Virus record (IMG/VR): IMGVR_UViG_3300050821_001373
Location: 1,472 to 65,471 of that record
DNA from: a virus
Lineage: Duplodnaviria > Caudoviricetes
DNA length: 64,000 nucleotides
Direction: 5' to 3' (one strand)
Both the position numbers and the translations under genes were made by a program. Below, piece after piece: positions 19,674-29,631 of the stretch. Below the pieces are notes generated by a model. That model ran no database searches. It had not been told where the DNA came from and was given only the letters and a program-made list of their open reading frames with translations. Each line of letters opens with the position of its first letter. Position 1 is the stretch's first letter.

Positions 19674-19880
19674 ATGATCAGTGCGCTCATCACTTTGATT
19701 ATCGTTCTGCTCATCGCCGGGATCTTGTGGTGGGCTATTACCGCTCTCTTGCCTCTCGTTCCTCTCCCGCCGCCGATCGCGCAAGTCATCCACGTCCTTC
19801 TGGTCGTGCTGATGGCACTCATCGTGATCTTCTACGGTCTGTTGCCTCTGCTCCACATCATCCCGAGGGCCGGGTTTTAG
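19674..19880 (+). CDS. small two-TM membrane protein on the opposite strand
   Basis: 68 aa almost entirely hydrophobic with PLPPP hinge; AAAGG RBS. Confidence 0.7.
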   Translation: MISALITLIIVLLIAGILWWAITALLPLVPLPPPIAQVIHVLLVVLMALIVIFYGLLPLLHIIPRAGF

Positions 19881-20134
19881 GCAGATCGTGCAGGCCAGAC
19901 AGTACATCCGGTCCTCCTGCTCTGCCATGCAGCTAAACAGCCAGCCGCAGCCGATGCAGCGCTGTGCCTGCGAGCGCCACGACCATTTCTCCACCATAAT
20001 CACAGGCCGATATCCATATCATCCGTGCAGAAATAAAACGTAGCGGTTCGCCGGGACGACTTAGTGAGCCAAACTTAGATTGGTGACTGCGGGTCCGGCG
20101 CAGTCGTGAGGCTCAACCGCATCTCGAAACTCAC

Positions 20135-20335
20135 TCAGGGTAGCGGCACGATCATGAAACCATTCGCCGCAAGCCGGCCGAGCAGGTAATCCGTCATTTT
20201 CGAAATCGACGAGGCCGAGGATTGTCCCAGCATCAGGTCATCGATCGCGCAGAACAGCGCCTCGCGGGCACAGGGTGATTCTGGGTCTTCCTGCACCTGG
20301 CGCTTGGTCGTAAACGGGATGATTTCTGCGGTCAT
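20135..20335 (-). CDS. hypothetical protein
   Basis: MTAEIIPF start; GGGAG RBS. Confidence 0.55.
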   Translation of the reverse strand: MTAEIIPFTTKRQVQEDPESPCAREALFCAIDDLMLGQSSASSISKMTDYLLGRLAANGFMIVPLP

Positions 20336-20525
20336 GGCTGTCTCCCGATCGAAGCACGGGGCTCGCCCTGCGATGGATACGACCGGCCGCCGTTGCGATC
20401 CTGAGCCGCCCTGCCGCCCTCTCGCGAGAGCTTGGCTGGCTCACATTTCGAACAGCGCCATGGCGATTCGCCCGACGCCCGGTAAGGCTGGCCCGTCTTC
20501 AGCGAGCCGCATGCGCATTTGAAAA

Positions 20526-20780
20526 TCATCGTATCCCCCTCAATGTCTCGTGTGCGGAATCGATTTGCCGCCGAAGCGACCGAACGCGTGAAATAAACTG
20601 GCCGGCGGAAACTGCCAGATCGGCCACCTCGCCTCGTGCGGCCGCGCCAAGGTCGAGCGGTAGCGTCCGGCGACGTGGCCTGCGGGGCCTCAGCGCCTGC
20701 CACATGCCCGCAGTGCAGATGCACCCGAACACAAAGCCGGCGAGAAAGCCCCAGTCGATCATCGCTCGCTTATCCTCCAC
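20526..20780 (-). CDS. hypothetical membrane-anchored protein
   Basis: N-terminal TM FLAGFVFGCICTAGMW. Confidence 0.45.
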   Translation of the reverse strand: MEDKRAMIDWGFLAGFVFGCICTAGMWQALRPRRPRRRTLPLDLGAAARGEVADLAVSAGQFISRVRSLRRQIDSAHETLRGIR

Positions 20781-20916
20781 ACGCCGGCCGAGATCAACGC
20801 CAACAAGCCATTCTGGACAATCTGCAGATCCTTGTCGAAAATCCCCTTAAGTATCCACAGGGCTCCCATGATGGTGAGAGTGCTCGACGTCAGATCCTGC
20901 ATCAGTTTCCCAAACT

Positions 20917-21153
20917 TCATCGCCACGGGCCGATCGGTTTCTTGACGGCTTTGCCGTCGTCGAAGTCATTGATCATTCTACGCAGAAATTCATGCATATC
21001 ATCAATGCACTTGAGGTTGGTATCGGCAACGACTCGCCCGTCTTTTCCGATTGTGATCAGGATGAACGAACGCACGGTCGGCACCGACTGGTGCGCCGCT
21101 CGAACCATATCACCCAGCTTTCGATGGTCCTTCGTGTGCTTTGGAGTGGTCAT
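20917..21153 (-). CDS. hypothetical protein
   Basis: GAAGGG RBS before ATG 21153. Confidence 0.5.
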   Translation of the reverse strand: MTTPKHTKDHRKLGDMVRAAHQSVPTVRSFILITIGKDGRVVADTNLKCIDDMHEFLRRMINDFDDGKAVKKPIGPWR

Positions 21154-21429
21154 GATCGTCCCTTCATGATGTGGCTGGTCGCGGGGCATTCGCGCCCCGC
21201 CGTTGACTATTTCGACATGTTCTGGGCTTGCACCAGATCGCACATCGCCTTCGCCGCATTAAGGGCGGCTTGCGAGTATTGCATGGCCTCAATGCCGTTT
21301 GTGGCTTCGGCCGCCTTCTTGATCAGTGCCTCGATATGAGGTTTCAGTTTGTCCATCGGGTTCTAGCTCCGAGTGATTGGCGCTTGATCTGTGACCCAGC
21401 GGTGCGCCAGAGACCGCTGAATTGGTGTC

Positions 21430-21885
21430 TCAGTTCTCCGAGCCGTTTCCCAGCGTCTGCGCCTCGAACTTCAGATCGTCGTGAACCGCGTCAACCTGCG
21501 CCTTCACGTCCGCCACGCTCGACCGCAGCGCGGTGATGGATTCGCCCAGCGCCGGCAGCTCGCTGCGGAGCCCGCTGATCTGGTCGCGCACGCCCTGCAC
21601 TAGGTTGCCAAGCCCTGCGATCTTGATCACGCCAGTCGGCTTGGGCGGCTCGACGGGCTTCAGAACCTGGACTTCCGTATCATTGACTGGATCTTGCATC
21701 GAGTTGTCCCCGTGAATGTCTCGGCCATCGCCGATCGGTCGGAAATTGCCTACGTTGAATTCTGTATCCCCGAACTCCTGCAGGGTAATCATCGACCCCC
21801 GCAGCGAGTTTATCGTGTATATTCCGCCCTCAACAAGGCCGTCGGTTACGGTCGAGCATAGCACCTTTTGGGTCGGTCTGAGCAT
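21430..21885 (-). CDS. hypothetical protein with C-terminal coiled coil
   Basis: ORF in operon; start uncertain. Confidence 0.5.
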   Translation of the reverse strand: MLRPTQKVLCSTVTDGLVEGGIYTINSLRGSMITLQEFGDTEFNVGNFRPIGDGRDIHGDNSMQDPVNDTEVQVLKPVEPPKPTGVIKIAGLGNLVQGVRDQISGLRSELPALGESITALRSSVADVKAQVDAVHDDLKFEAQTLGNGSEN

Positions 21886-21887
21886 GG

Positions 21888-22091
21888 CTAGGTGAAGAAG
21901 TGGACAACGCCGGCCACGATCCCGGCACCCGAAACGAATGTGCAGGCCAACACCCACACAATGAACCCCGGGCTGTTGTCCGCAGGTCCGAGGTCGATCC
22001 CGGTGGGCCGGTATGCCACTTCGTAATCCGCGCCACAGTCACACAACTCTGGCCGTCCGCAGTCGCCGCGGCAGTTGTCGTTATTGCTCAT
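21888..22091 (-). CDS. small Cys-rich membrane protein
   Basis: CRGDC...CDC plus C-terminal TM; GGAG RBS. Confidence 0.45.
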   Translation of the reverse strand: MSNNDNCRGDCGRPELCDCGADYEVAYRPTGIDLGPADNSPGFIVWVLACTFVSGAGIVAGVVHFFT

Positions 22092-22393
22092 CAGACCGGC
22101 TCCTTGCTCTTGGTGGTGTCGAGCAGTTCTGCGAAAACACTGATATCGGTCTTGCGCTCGACGACGGGGCGGAAGCCCACTGTCTCGAACCACGGTTCGA
22201 TCAGCCTTCCATGTTCCATGACATCGTGATTACGAATCTCATCAAGACGCAACCACTCGCTGTCATCGTAAACCTCAAGATCGCGCACCGTGTAGATGAT
22301 GCCGAACTCAGGAAGAACGATGCCCTCAGGTCGTTCGAACCAGGGAGGAATCGGACGGCTCATGGTGATCTTCTGTCCAACGTAGAAAGTCAT
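22091..22393 (-). CDS. hypothetical protein
   Basis: MTFYVGQK...FRPVVERKTDIS family common in alphaproteobacterial phages; AAGGAG RBS. Confidence 0.6.
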   Translation of the reverse strand: MTFYVGQKITMSRPIPPWFERPEGIVLPEFGIIYTVRDLEVYDDSEWLRLDEIRNHDVMEHGRLIEPWFETVGFRPVVERKTDISVFAELLDTTKSKEPV

Positions 22394-22565
22394 CGCATCA
22401 TCTCCTTGCGTGTCACCGCGACACAATAAGATCCATCTCCCGAACTCGCCACGATCCGCTGGTTGATCCGCTCCTGCGCCTCGATCTCGGTCAGATGCGC
22501 CGCACGCCGTGGGTCCTTGCGCGTGTAGAAGTCGCGGTCCGATCGCCAGTAGGGAACGGGTTGCA

Positions 22566-22832
22566 TTACTGGCCTCGCGCCTTGAGCATCACGTCAGCGG
22601 CGACATAGGCTTTGTCGGCCATATCTTCCCACTCGACCAGACGGCCGTCATGCTTGATCATCTCGGCATTGTGCCGCATCGCGTCGGCGACGATCGCCGG
22701 AAGCGCCTGCCCTGCAAAGTAGTCCCGCAGCGTCATGCCATTCCTGGTCGACGGCATTACTGTGTTTTGGCAATTCGGGTATGGGTCATGCGCCTTCGGA
22801 AACGCTGGTCCGCCGTCCTTGATCTCGCTCAT
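22566..22832 (-). CDS. conserved phage protein (GGPAFP...GMTLRDYFA family)
   Basis: Characteristic motifs present. Confidence 0.75.
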   Translation of the reverse strand: MSEIKDGGPAFPKAHDPYPNCQNTVMPSTRNGMTLRDYFAGQALPAIVADAMRHNAEMIKHDGRLVEWEDMADKAYVAADVMLKARGQ

Positions 22833-23041
22833 TGTCCCCTCACGAAGGTAAAGCCATTCCGGCTGGTGATGCTGAACCGCTCAAGCCGGGACGAGCTCTT
22901 GTACCCGCCAGGAAATGCCGTCCCGTCCTCGTTCACGCGCACAAGTCGAACGAACTCGGTGCCGACGCCCGTCACGCGCACGAACCTGGCACCGCGCGGG
23001 TCGTTGTCCTTCCAGATCTCGCCGGCGGATGGTTGCTTCAT
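22829..23041 (-). CDS. hypothetical protein
   Basis: GEIWKDNDPR motif; overlapping start/stop. Confidence 0.6.
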   Translation of the reverse strand: MKQPSAGEIWKDNDPRGARFVRVTGVGTEFVRLVRVNEDGTAFPGGYKSSSRLERFSITSRNGFTFVRGQ

Positions 23042-23325
23042 CGCCGGTCAACCTCGTAGCAGTTTCCATCAGATCGAGGAGGCCAAAACCACTGCGTCTT
23101 GCCGTCATCCGACCAGCACTTATCCCCCGTGAGCGCTGCTCCGTTGGGCAGGACTATCACAGAACTTCGGTCCGCGCTGAAAACAGGCGCCCGCTGTGCG
23201 GTCACGTCATTGCGGAGATGCGAAGACGCCAACCAAGCGCCGAGCATCGCTCCGACCACGACGCCGATCCCGTAACCAACTATGAACCCGCGCATCGCAG
23301 GATAGATCATCGCCGATGCCTCCAC
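23038..23325 (-). CDS. hypothetical membrane-anchored protein
   Basis: N-terminal TM, two Cys in C-terminal part. Confidence 0.5.
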   Translation of the reverse strand: MEASAMIYPAMRGFIVGYGIGVVVGAMLGAWLASSHLRNDVTAQRAPVFSADRSSVIVLPNGAALTGDKCWSDDGKTQWFWPPRSDGNCYEVDRR

Positions 23326-23533
23326 CGGCAGGTCAGCCTCACCTTCGGGCTCGATTGCGTCACCGTCCGAAGCTTCAGCCGATCATATGCCACGTTCGCC
23401 TTGTAGAAATGGAGATGGCTGCGAACCATCGTGTCGACCTCAGTCACCGCCTTGATCACGATGTCGATGCCCTTCGATAGCATCCAGATGCCGATCGCGA
23501 GGTACACAAATGGGAGGAACTGCGCCAGTTCGG

Positions 23534-23686
23534 TCATGATTTCCGCTCCTCTGCCTTGCGGCGGTACCACGTCCTCTCCGACATCCCGAGACGGAGCCAC
23601 GGCTTGTCGCGCACCTCCCCGATACGGGGCCGGCCGCGCTTGACCGGCTCGGCAGGCTTGGGCTTCGGGGATGATTTACGAGGCAT
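23534..23686 (-). CDS. small DNA-binding protein with PWLRLGMSERTWYRR HTH
   Basis: 50 aa from ATG 23686 with GGAGG RBS; KRGRPR plus the same motif as 14864 and the Rep fusion. Confidence 0.65.
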   Translation of the reverse strand: MPRKSSPKPKPAEPVKRGRPRIGEVRDKPWLRLGMSERTWYRRKAEERKS

Positions 23687-23999
23687 TGACGGCCTCCGGC
23701 GGTGCCGGAATGGGAGCCCAATGCGTCGGCTTCGCATACCCGTTCTCGCTTGTATCGACGCCTCGCGGGTAAGCCGTAAATGCCATCCAGCCAAACTGGC
23801 CTTGGAAACCAACAAGGATACGGTCATGCTGTGTTTTGCCAATCGGATCCGTCTCAATCGGCCGCCACTGACGTTCCGCCAACTTGGCTTCCAAGTGCTC
23901 GATGCGATCGAGGGCGCCTCTGTTGAGAGCGCCGCCGAATATCCGTATACTGTTTTTCAGCCGATCCTTCAGGTCGTCAATCATCGCCGCGCCTCCCAT
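23676..23999 (-). CDS. DUF551-like protein
   Basis: WRPIET...PTHWAPIPAPP. Confidence 0.65.
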   Translation of the reverse strand: MGGAAMIDDLKDRLKNSIRIFGGALNRGALDRIEHLEAKLAERQWRPIETDPIGKTQHDRILVGFQGQFGWMAFTAYPRGVDTSENGYAKPTHWAPIPAPPEAVNAS

Positions 24000-24563
24000 T
24001 CAGCCAAGCACCGATTCGCATCACTCGTGAAGCAGCTCGCCGGCAAATGATCACCTCGTCCTGCCAGCGTGTAGCCCCCAATCCAGCACAGCGCCAGGAG
24101 CGCGATCGATGCTGTAATCCGAAGGTGATTGCGTGTCATCTGAAGCATGTTAAATCCTCCCCATATGGCGCAATTCTGTCATGCTTCTGGCTGGATTTCA
24201 ATGCCTTTCTTTCGGCCAAACACGGTAAAAAATGCTGGGAGCCCATTTGCGGCGCTCCCAGCAAGGTTCGGGTCGGCATGAAATGAGACCGCCCGGTTTG
24301 TGTTCGGTCATTTCGCGCGGAGCGTCAGCGTGCCGCCGTTTCATATGCTTATAGTCGCTGATCAAAATCCAAGTTCGACCGACCGCGACGACGAGCAGAA
24401 ACGACACAAGCATGTATTAGCAATGGCATCAATGTCTATCCTCCGTGCAGAATGGAATTAAAGCCGGCGCAGATAGCCAAGTCCGTTTAGGATGAGAACG
24501 GTAAGTCCGCAGCCAGCTATCATTCCAGCAATAAAAAACCCGAAGTTGTTCATTTTTCTTTCC

Positions 24564-24776
24564 TCAGGGTGACGGGCGGGCAGTGACCACGCCTTGCGCG
24601 ATCATGTCGCCTTCTAGGGCCTTGCAGATCTTCTCAGCTTCGGTCCATTGCTGCGCATTGCTTGTGTAGCGGTAGTCGTAAGGCAGAATCGCGCGGACGA
24701 AATCAAATTGCCTGTCCACGATTTCCAGCGTGCCGAAGATGTTGCGGCGAGGATAATGCCTGAGTTCGTCTGTCAT
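24564..24776 (-). CDS. hypothetical protein
   Basis: ORF in minus-strand operon. Confidence 0.45.
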   Translation of the reverse strand: MTDELRHYPRRNIFGTLEIVDRQFDFVRAILPYDYRYTSNAQQWTEAEKICKALEGDMIAQGVVTARPSP

Positions 24777-24779
24777 GGC

Positions 24780-24989
24780 TTAGGACAGTCCGTGAGCGTC
24801 TTTATAGCGCTTCGGTGCGTCATCCGGGCTCTGCCTGGCCGCGATCTTGGCGGCTGCCATAGAGCGGAACGGGCCATATCTCGGTGTCTGATCGGCCGGG
24901 TAGAACCACCAACCATCACGCTCACGTAAGACCGCGCCACGATCGCTCGTGTACCAGCCTCGCTCCTGGAGCTCCCAGTTAATCGCCAT
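24780..24989 (-). CDS. hypothetical protein
   Basis: GGGAG RBS; GWWF...YGPFRS motif. Confidence 0.55.
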   Translation of the reverse strand: MAINWELQERGWYTSDRGAVLRERDGWWFYPADQTPRYGPFRSMAAAKIAARQSPDDAPKRYKDAHGLS

Positions 24990-25539
24990 CGTTATTCTCC
25001 CTGCTCAGGTGTGGCGATCTGGATTGGGTGGCAAGGGCAATCGGGCTCGATCCTGCCCTTGCGCCTATGTCCGCAAGATCCACACAGCCAGAAATAGCCC
25101 TTTCGCTTATCCTTGAAGGGCATCGCGGTCCATTCGCATTGTGGGCGATCGATGACTGTCATCGGTCAGCAGCGCCGCGCTATCGCGGCATTCGAAATAG
25201 CGTCCACCAATAGAGCCCGACCAATTTCGGGTCTGGCTCGCCATACCAAGTCGCGCCACATTCGCATTCGCGTAGGCATGGTACAAGAATCGTGTACGGG
25301 CCGACCATGGGCCATTTGCTCATCTATCCTCTCCCATGATAGCCCGGCAGCGATTGCTGCATCCGCAGTTGCCGGCCTGAATGCAGGCGGCGGCTCTCCA
25401 GTCGTCGATGACAGGGTAGGGGCAGAAATAGGCGAACCAGATCGGTGCCCATAGCTTGCTGATGATATCGCCTCGCCAGCAGAGGCGGTATCCTGCGGTC
25501 CTCAACCATCGCTTCACGGCAGGTCCTCCCCCTTGACTG

Positions 25540-25953
25540 TCAGCCGATCACGATCACGCCGCTGCGCGGCCCGAACGTGACGTTTTTACGCTGGCTCATG
25601 TCCGGCCAACTGGCGCCGCGGCCCCATGAGAATGTCTTGCAGGAGCCATCGGCGAATGCGTAGGTGTAGTCTGTGGTGGCACTATCGTTCCACGGCCACG
25701 GCCAGCCCTGCTCAGGCAAGGTGGCATCGTCATTGATGGCAAGCAGGGTCGCCACCGCTTCTCGAAATTCGTTTTCGGACTTCGCTGTCTTGATCTGCCA
25801 GCACGCAAGGTTGTCGCCGCCCTTGGCGTGCTTCTCTTCCATCTCGTCGATCCGGTAGCCATCGAAGGCCAAAGATCCGAGCCATTCGGCATCCGCTCCA
25901 GTCCCGACGTAGAAATCAGCTCGCGTTCCCATGTTCTGTTCCTTTGCGTTCAC
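25540..25953 (-). CDS. conserved hypothetical phage protein
   Basis: MGTRADFYVG...GWPWPW..S.TTDY motif. Confidence 0.65.
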   Translation of the reverse strand: MNAKEQNMGTRADFYVGTGADAEWLGSLAFDGYRIDEMEEKHAKGGDNLACWQIKTAKSENEFREAVATLLAINDDATLPEQGWPWPWNDSATTDYTYAFADGSCKTFSWGRGASWPDMSQRKNVTFGPRSGVIVIG

Positions 25954-26552
25954 GATGACGGTGCGCCGAGCTCGGCCTTGGCTTCGCCGTAGGCCACGTT
26001 GAGCTCAGCCATGAGGGTGTCGCTGCCGCCGGCGTCCGGGTGCCGACTGCGGGCCTTTTCCCGATACAGCGCGGTGATGTCGCCGGACCAGCCATTCTTG
26101 ATCCCGAACACCTCGCGCCATGGCTTTTTCCAGCCGGGCGGCGCGATCGCGGTGAAGCCGGTAAAGGCCCGCTCCATCATCACAGCACCGCCGTGACGCT
26201 CCATCTGGCGCAGGCCCTCGATAGCCATGGTCAGCGACCGCATGTTGCCCAGCACCGTCCAGAAACGATCCTGAGCCATCACCATCGCCTTTCCTTTGCG
26301 GGTGAAGTAGACGGCCACCCCGGTATCAGAGATGTTGCGCTGCTGGGCATAGGGAAGCCCGTCATTGCGGACCGGCTGGTTCGTCGAGATCACCACGTTC
26401 TTGGCACCGATGCGGGCGAGCTCGTCCTGCAAGCCGCGCACGACGCGATCCCAACGATAGGTCGGTCCTTTGAAACGGCTGTCGCTATCCTGGGTGCCCT
26501 TGTGGCGCGGCCAGCCCTCAGGCCATTGCAGCGGGTATGCTTCTGCGCTCAT
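25950..26552 (-). CDS. J-domain (DnaJ-like) protein
   Basis: AYPLQWPEGWPR N-terminal domain; C-terminal YREKARSRHPDAGG..MAELN with HPD motif. Confidence 0.8.
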   Translation of the reverse strand: MSAEAYPLQWPEGWPRHKGTQDSDSRFKGPTYRWDRVVRGLQDELARIGAKNVVISTNQPVRNDGLPYAQQRNISDTGVAVYFTRKGKAMVMAQDRFWTVLGNMRSLTMAIEGLRQMERHGGAVMMERAFTGFTAIAPPGWKKPWREVFGIKNGWSGDITALYREKARSRHPDAGGSDTLMAELNVAYGEAKAELGAPSS

Positions 26553-26718
26553 CGCCCGCCCTCCATGATCTCGAGCTGCCGGGCGATCATCACCGCCGGC
26601 ACGGCGTTCGCGAGCTGGGCGGCCAGCAGCTCGGCTTGCTGCTTCTCGGTGCCCTCGGGGAGGCGGCGCACGCGGCCGCGGAGGGCGGTCAGGGCAGATG
26701 CGGTGGATTCAGTGTCTG

Positions 26719-27033
26719 TCATGGTTCTTTTCCTTCATGTGAAGCAAGCTGCATCAAGCGTCCAAACTTTTCTTTGACCGCCTCGGCGCGCTCAATCTTG
26801 TGTGCCCAGCCGTCCATGAACGCCCTACGCATCACCTCAGTGTCTTCAAGGTCAAGGGCATCGCGAACGGCGGTCAACTCACCCATCTCTTTTGCAAGAG
26901 CTTGAGCATTGTTTCCGTAGCCCGTGCCGTGATCGACATCGAACCCGAAGCGCAAGCACTTCGTTGCCGCCTGGATTACCTCGCCGCATTCCTCGATCAG
27001 CAGCACGAGCAATTCGTCTTTTGTCAGGCTCAT
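26719..27033 (-). CDS. MazG-like NTP pyrophosphohydrolase
   Basis: LIEECGEVIQAATKCLRFG...KEMGEL. Confidence 0.65.
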   Translation of the reverse strand: MSLTKDELLVLLIEECGEVIQAATKCLRFGFDVDHGTGYGNNAQALAKEMGELTAVRDALDLEDTEVMRRAFMDGWAHKIERAEAVKEKFGRLMQLASHEGKEP

Positions 27034-27055
27034 TTGCTTTCCTCGTGAAGGATGG

Positions 27056-27862
27056 TCATTCAGCAGCCTCCGCAAGCCGCGGCTTGAACGTCGCTGCGAT
27101 GTGCTGACTCAGCGGAAGCGGGATCTTGGCAATCATCGCGCTGGCGTATTTACGGGCTTTCGATCCCGAGCTTGTATTTCGAGTCCCTTGACCTGGGCCA
27201 TATTCGTGAAACCACGTTCCGCCGCCGCCTTTGCGCCCATCTGGATTGCGTCCCTTGCCGCTCGTCGTGTTGTGCGCGACGTTGAACCATGAGCCACCGG
27301 TGTTTTTGACGGCAGCGCTCTGAAAACTGCCGCCGCTCCCGTCAAAGCGAAAGCCAGCAACCTTCGTGGCCTTGTAGACCGGCGGCATCAACGCCGGGAC
27401 GTCGCCCCACAGATAGAACGACCCGAACGACCAGCGAGCTCGCCCGACCCATGGCTGGGCGCCCTTGACGTTCTCGACCACCATCGGGATGTGGCGTCCG
27501 GCCGCCTCGCATGCCTCGCGCTGGATGCGGAAGCAGGCATCGAACAGCCGCGTCAGATCAGCGAGCGCCTGACCGGTGCCGTCGGCCCTAATCGCGGCGG
27601 CCTTTGCCTTCGCCCGGCTCCACGGCATCGCCATGTAGCTGTATTCCTGGCACGGCGGAGATGCGACGATCAGGTCGGCATTCCGAAACTGCGAGCCGTG
27701 CAGCGTCAACACGTCTTGCACCACGATCTGCGCCGGATAGCGATGCTCGCCGTAAACATGCTGCTCAATGTCGAAGCCGATCACGTCGTATCCTTCCGCG
27801 AGAAGACCTTCGGTCCAGCCGCCGAGTCCGCAAAACAGGTCAATCGCGAGTGGGCGGTTCAT
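27056..27862 (-). CDS. DNA (cytosine-5) methyltransferase-like protein
   Basis: Motif I DLFCGLGG, motif IV ASPPCQEYS, motif VI ENV. Confidence 0.8.
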   Translation of the reverse strand: MNRPLAIDLFCGLGGWTEGLLAEGYDVIGFDIEQHVYGEHRYPAQIVVQDVLTLHGSQFRNADLIVASPPCQEYSYMAMPWSRAKAKAAAIRADGTGQALADLTRLFDACFRIQREACEAAGRHIPMVVENVKGAQPWVGRARWSFGSFYLWGDVPALMPPVYKATKVAGFRFDGSGGSFQSAAVKNTGGSWFNVAHNTTSGKGRNPDGRKGGGGTWFHEYGPGQGTRNTSSGSKARKYASAMIAKIPLPLSQHIAATFKPRLAEAAE

Positions 27863-27896
27863 TCCGGCTTTGCCTCGCGATCATGCGGAGAGAGAT

Positions 27897-28718
27897 TCAT
27901 TCTGCGGCCTCGGAAAACATGTCCTGTTGAACCGGAGCGCGCCGCTGTCTCGCCTCGATAAAATCGCAGGTAATGACCTCAGTTCGTATCGAGACGCCGT
28001 GCCAATCGCGGTCGTAGGTCGTCGTGTCGATACCGCAAGACGGCTCTAGGACAATTCCTGACATAGCCAAGAGCTTTTCGTGAACGTCCGTCTTGCATTC
28101 GGCAAAGCCGCTGCCGTAGCCATTCTTGATGGTTTCAGGCCAGCCGCCGCCAGGACAGCCGGAGTATTTAAATCCGGCGGTCATCTGCGGAACGATGAAA
28201 GCACCGAAATCAGCCAGACCGCTCGCGATGTCAATGACGTGCAGTTCAAACTCTTTGCCGGTGTAGCGCGGCCCCCTTTTCGTCTCGTGCGGCGTTGATC
28301 CGAACGGCGGATTCCCGATCGCAAAATCGAAATGGCCGATATCTGCCGGCAGATCGAAGACGCTACCGACGATCCATCGCGCCTCCGGCACGATCTTGCG
28401 GCCGACCTCGGCATATTCCGGGTTGAGTTCGACGCATACGACATCTGACTGCTTCCACGGGCCGGAACAAAAGAACGCCAGCGCGCCGATGCCGGCGCAT
28501 AGATCTATGATGCGGCTTCCTGGGTTGACCTCGATCGCAAGATCTCGAGCTAGCCCTACGGGCGTAAAAAAGGCGCCAGCGATTGTGTTGATGTGCTTCG
28601 CGGACTCCTGCCAATTCTGCAAGACGAACATCTTATCGTCCTCGGTCAGAATCTCTTTCGCGAGGAGATCGCATGCTGCCTTGTGCGCCTTGGCTTGTGC
28701 CTTTGATAGTTTAGCCAT
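27897..28718 (-). CDS. DNA amino-methyltransferase (N6-adenine type)
   Basis: GAFFTP, IDLCAGIG (SAM binding), GNPPF catalytic motif. Confidence 0.8.
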   Translation of the reverse strand: MAKLSKAQAKAHKAACDLLAKEILTEDDKMFVLQNWQESAKHINTIAGAFFTPVGLARDLAIEVNPGSRIIDLCAGIGALAFFCSGPWKQSDVVCVELNPEYAEVGRKIVPEARWIVGSVFDLPADIGHFDFAIGNPPFGSTPHETKRGPRYTGKEFELHVIDIASGLADFGAFIVPQMTAGFKYSGCPGGGWPETIKNGYGSGFAECKTDVHEKLLAMSGIVLEPSCGIDTTTYDRDWHGVSIRTEVITCDFIEARQRRAPVQQDMFSEAAE

Positions 28719-29631
28719 CGTCGCGCACCGTCGATGTGAGCTTCGCGATGCACTCGTGCAGCATGAAGTCCTCTTCCTGGATGGCCTTCTTGGTACCGAT
28801 CGAGAGGCACTCCCAGATACTGGCGAGGCGCGCTAGCTCGGCGTGCGAGGCAGCCAAGAACCGGAGCGCGTAGGTCGCGCGCAGGCATTTGGTCTTCTCT
28901 TCTTTGTCGCCGATCGCCCCGTGAGCCTTTGCTGCGCTGAAGAACTCATCGGCAAGGGCGAGCATTTCTGCTTCCGCCTCCGCGGCGATCACAGGCTGAG
29001 AGCGCCTATCAAGTTCCTGCAAGGTCAGCGCATGCTTCGCCTGCTCCTCGGCTAGCTCGCGCTGAAGGTTGCGATTGTCCTCGACCATCTTTGTCAGCGT
29101 GATTGCGGTCTGATCTTCGCTCGCTGCCGGTGACTGACGGGCAAGCGCATCAAGCCCGTCTGCGATCTGATGGAGCGTGCCGCGGTCGAATGCGTCAAGC
29201 TTCGTGCGCTCGATCATGTCGCGCAGATATCCCGGCCAGTTGTAACTGGCGTAAGCGCCGTACCCCGGCGATCGCTCTGCAAGTGCGGCATCGAGCACCG
29301 CGCGCACTCGATCCGCCCAGATGCTGGGCTGCAGCATATTCTCCGGCAGTTTCAGATCGATATCCAGGTCGATCAAAGACTGCTCCAGATAATCCAGATA
29401 CTCCGGGAGTCCACGCAGCCTGCCCGTCGCCCCTTGGGCAGGACCGCCAGCTGCGGCCGCCTCGCTCCTTGGCTTGCCGTATACGTATTCCCCCGGCGTC
29501 ATGCCTTCCTCGTAAATGAAGTCGGACTCGCTGACGTCGCCGAGGTAGCCCACGAACATTTGGACACCGGCTTCCCGATCGTTCGGATAAGCTGCGAGAG
29601 CCGCATGCTTGGCATCAAATTGGCGGCTCAT
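28711..29631 (-). CDS. hypothetical mosaic accessory protein
   Basis: 306 aa ORF coupled to neighbours. Confidence 0.55.
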   Translation of the reverse strand: MSRQFDAKHAALAAYPNDREAGVQMFVGYLGDVSESDFIYEEGMTPGEYVYGKPRSEAAAAGGPAQGATGRLRGLPEYLDYLEQSLIDLDIDLKLPENMLQPSIWADRVRAVLDAALAERSPGYGAYASYNWPGYLRDMIERTKLDAFDRGTLHQIADGLDALARQSPAASEDQTAITLTKMVEDNRNLQRELAEEQAKHALTLQELDRRSQPVIAAEAEAEMLALADEFFSAAKAHGAIGDKEEKTKCLRATYALRFLAASHAELARLASIWECLSIGTKKAIQEEDFMLHECIAKLTSTVRDDG

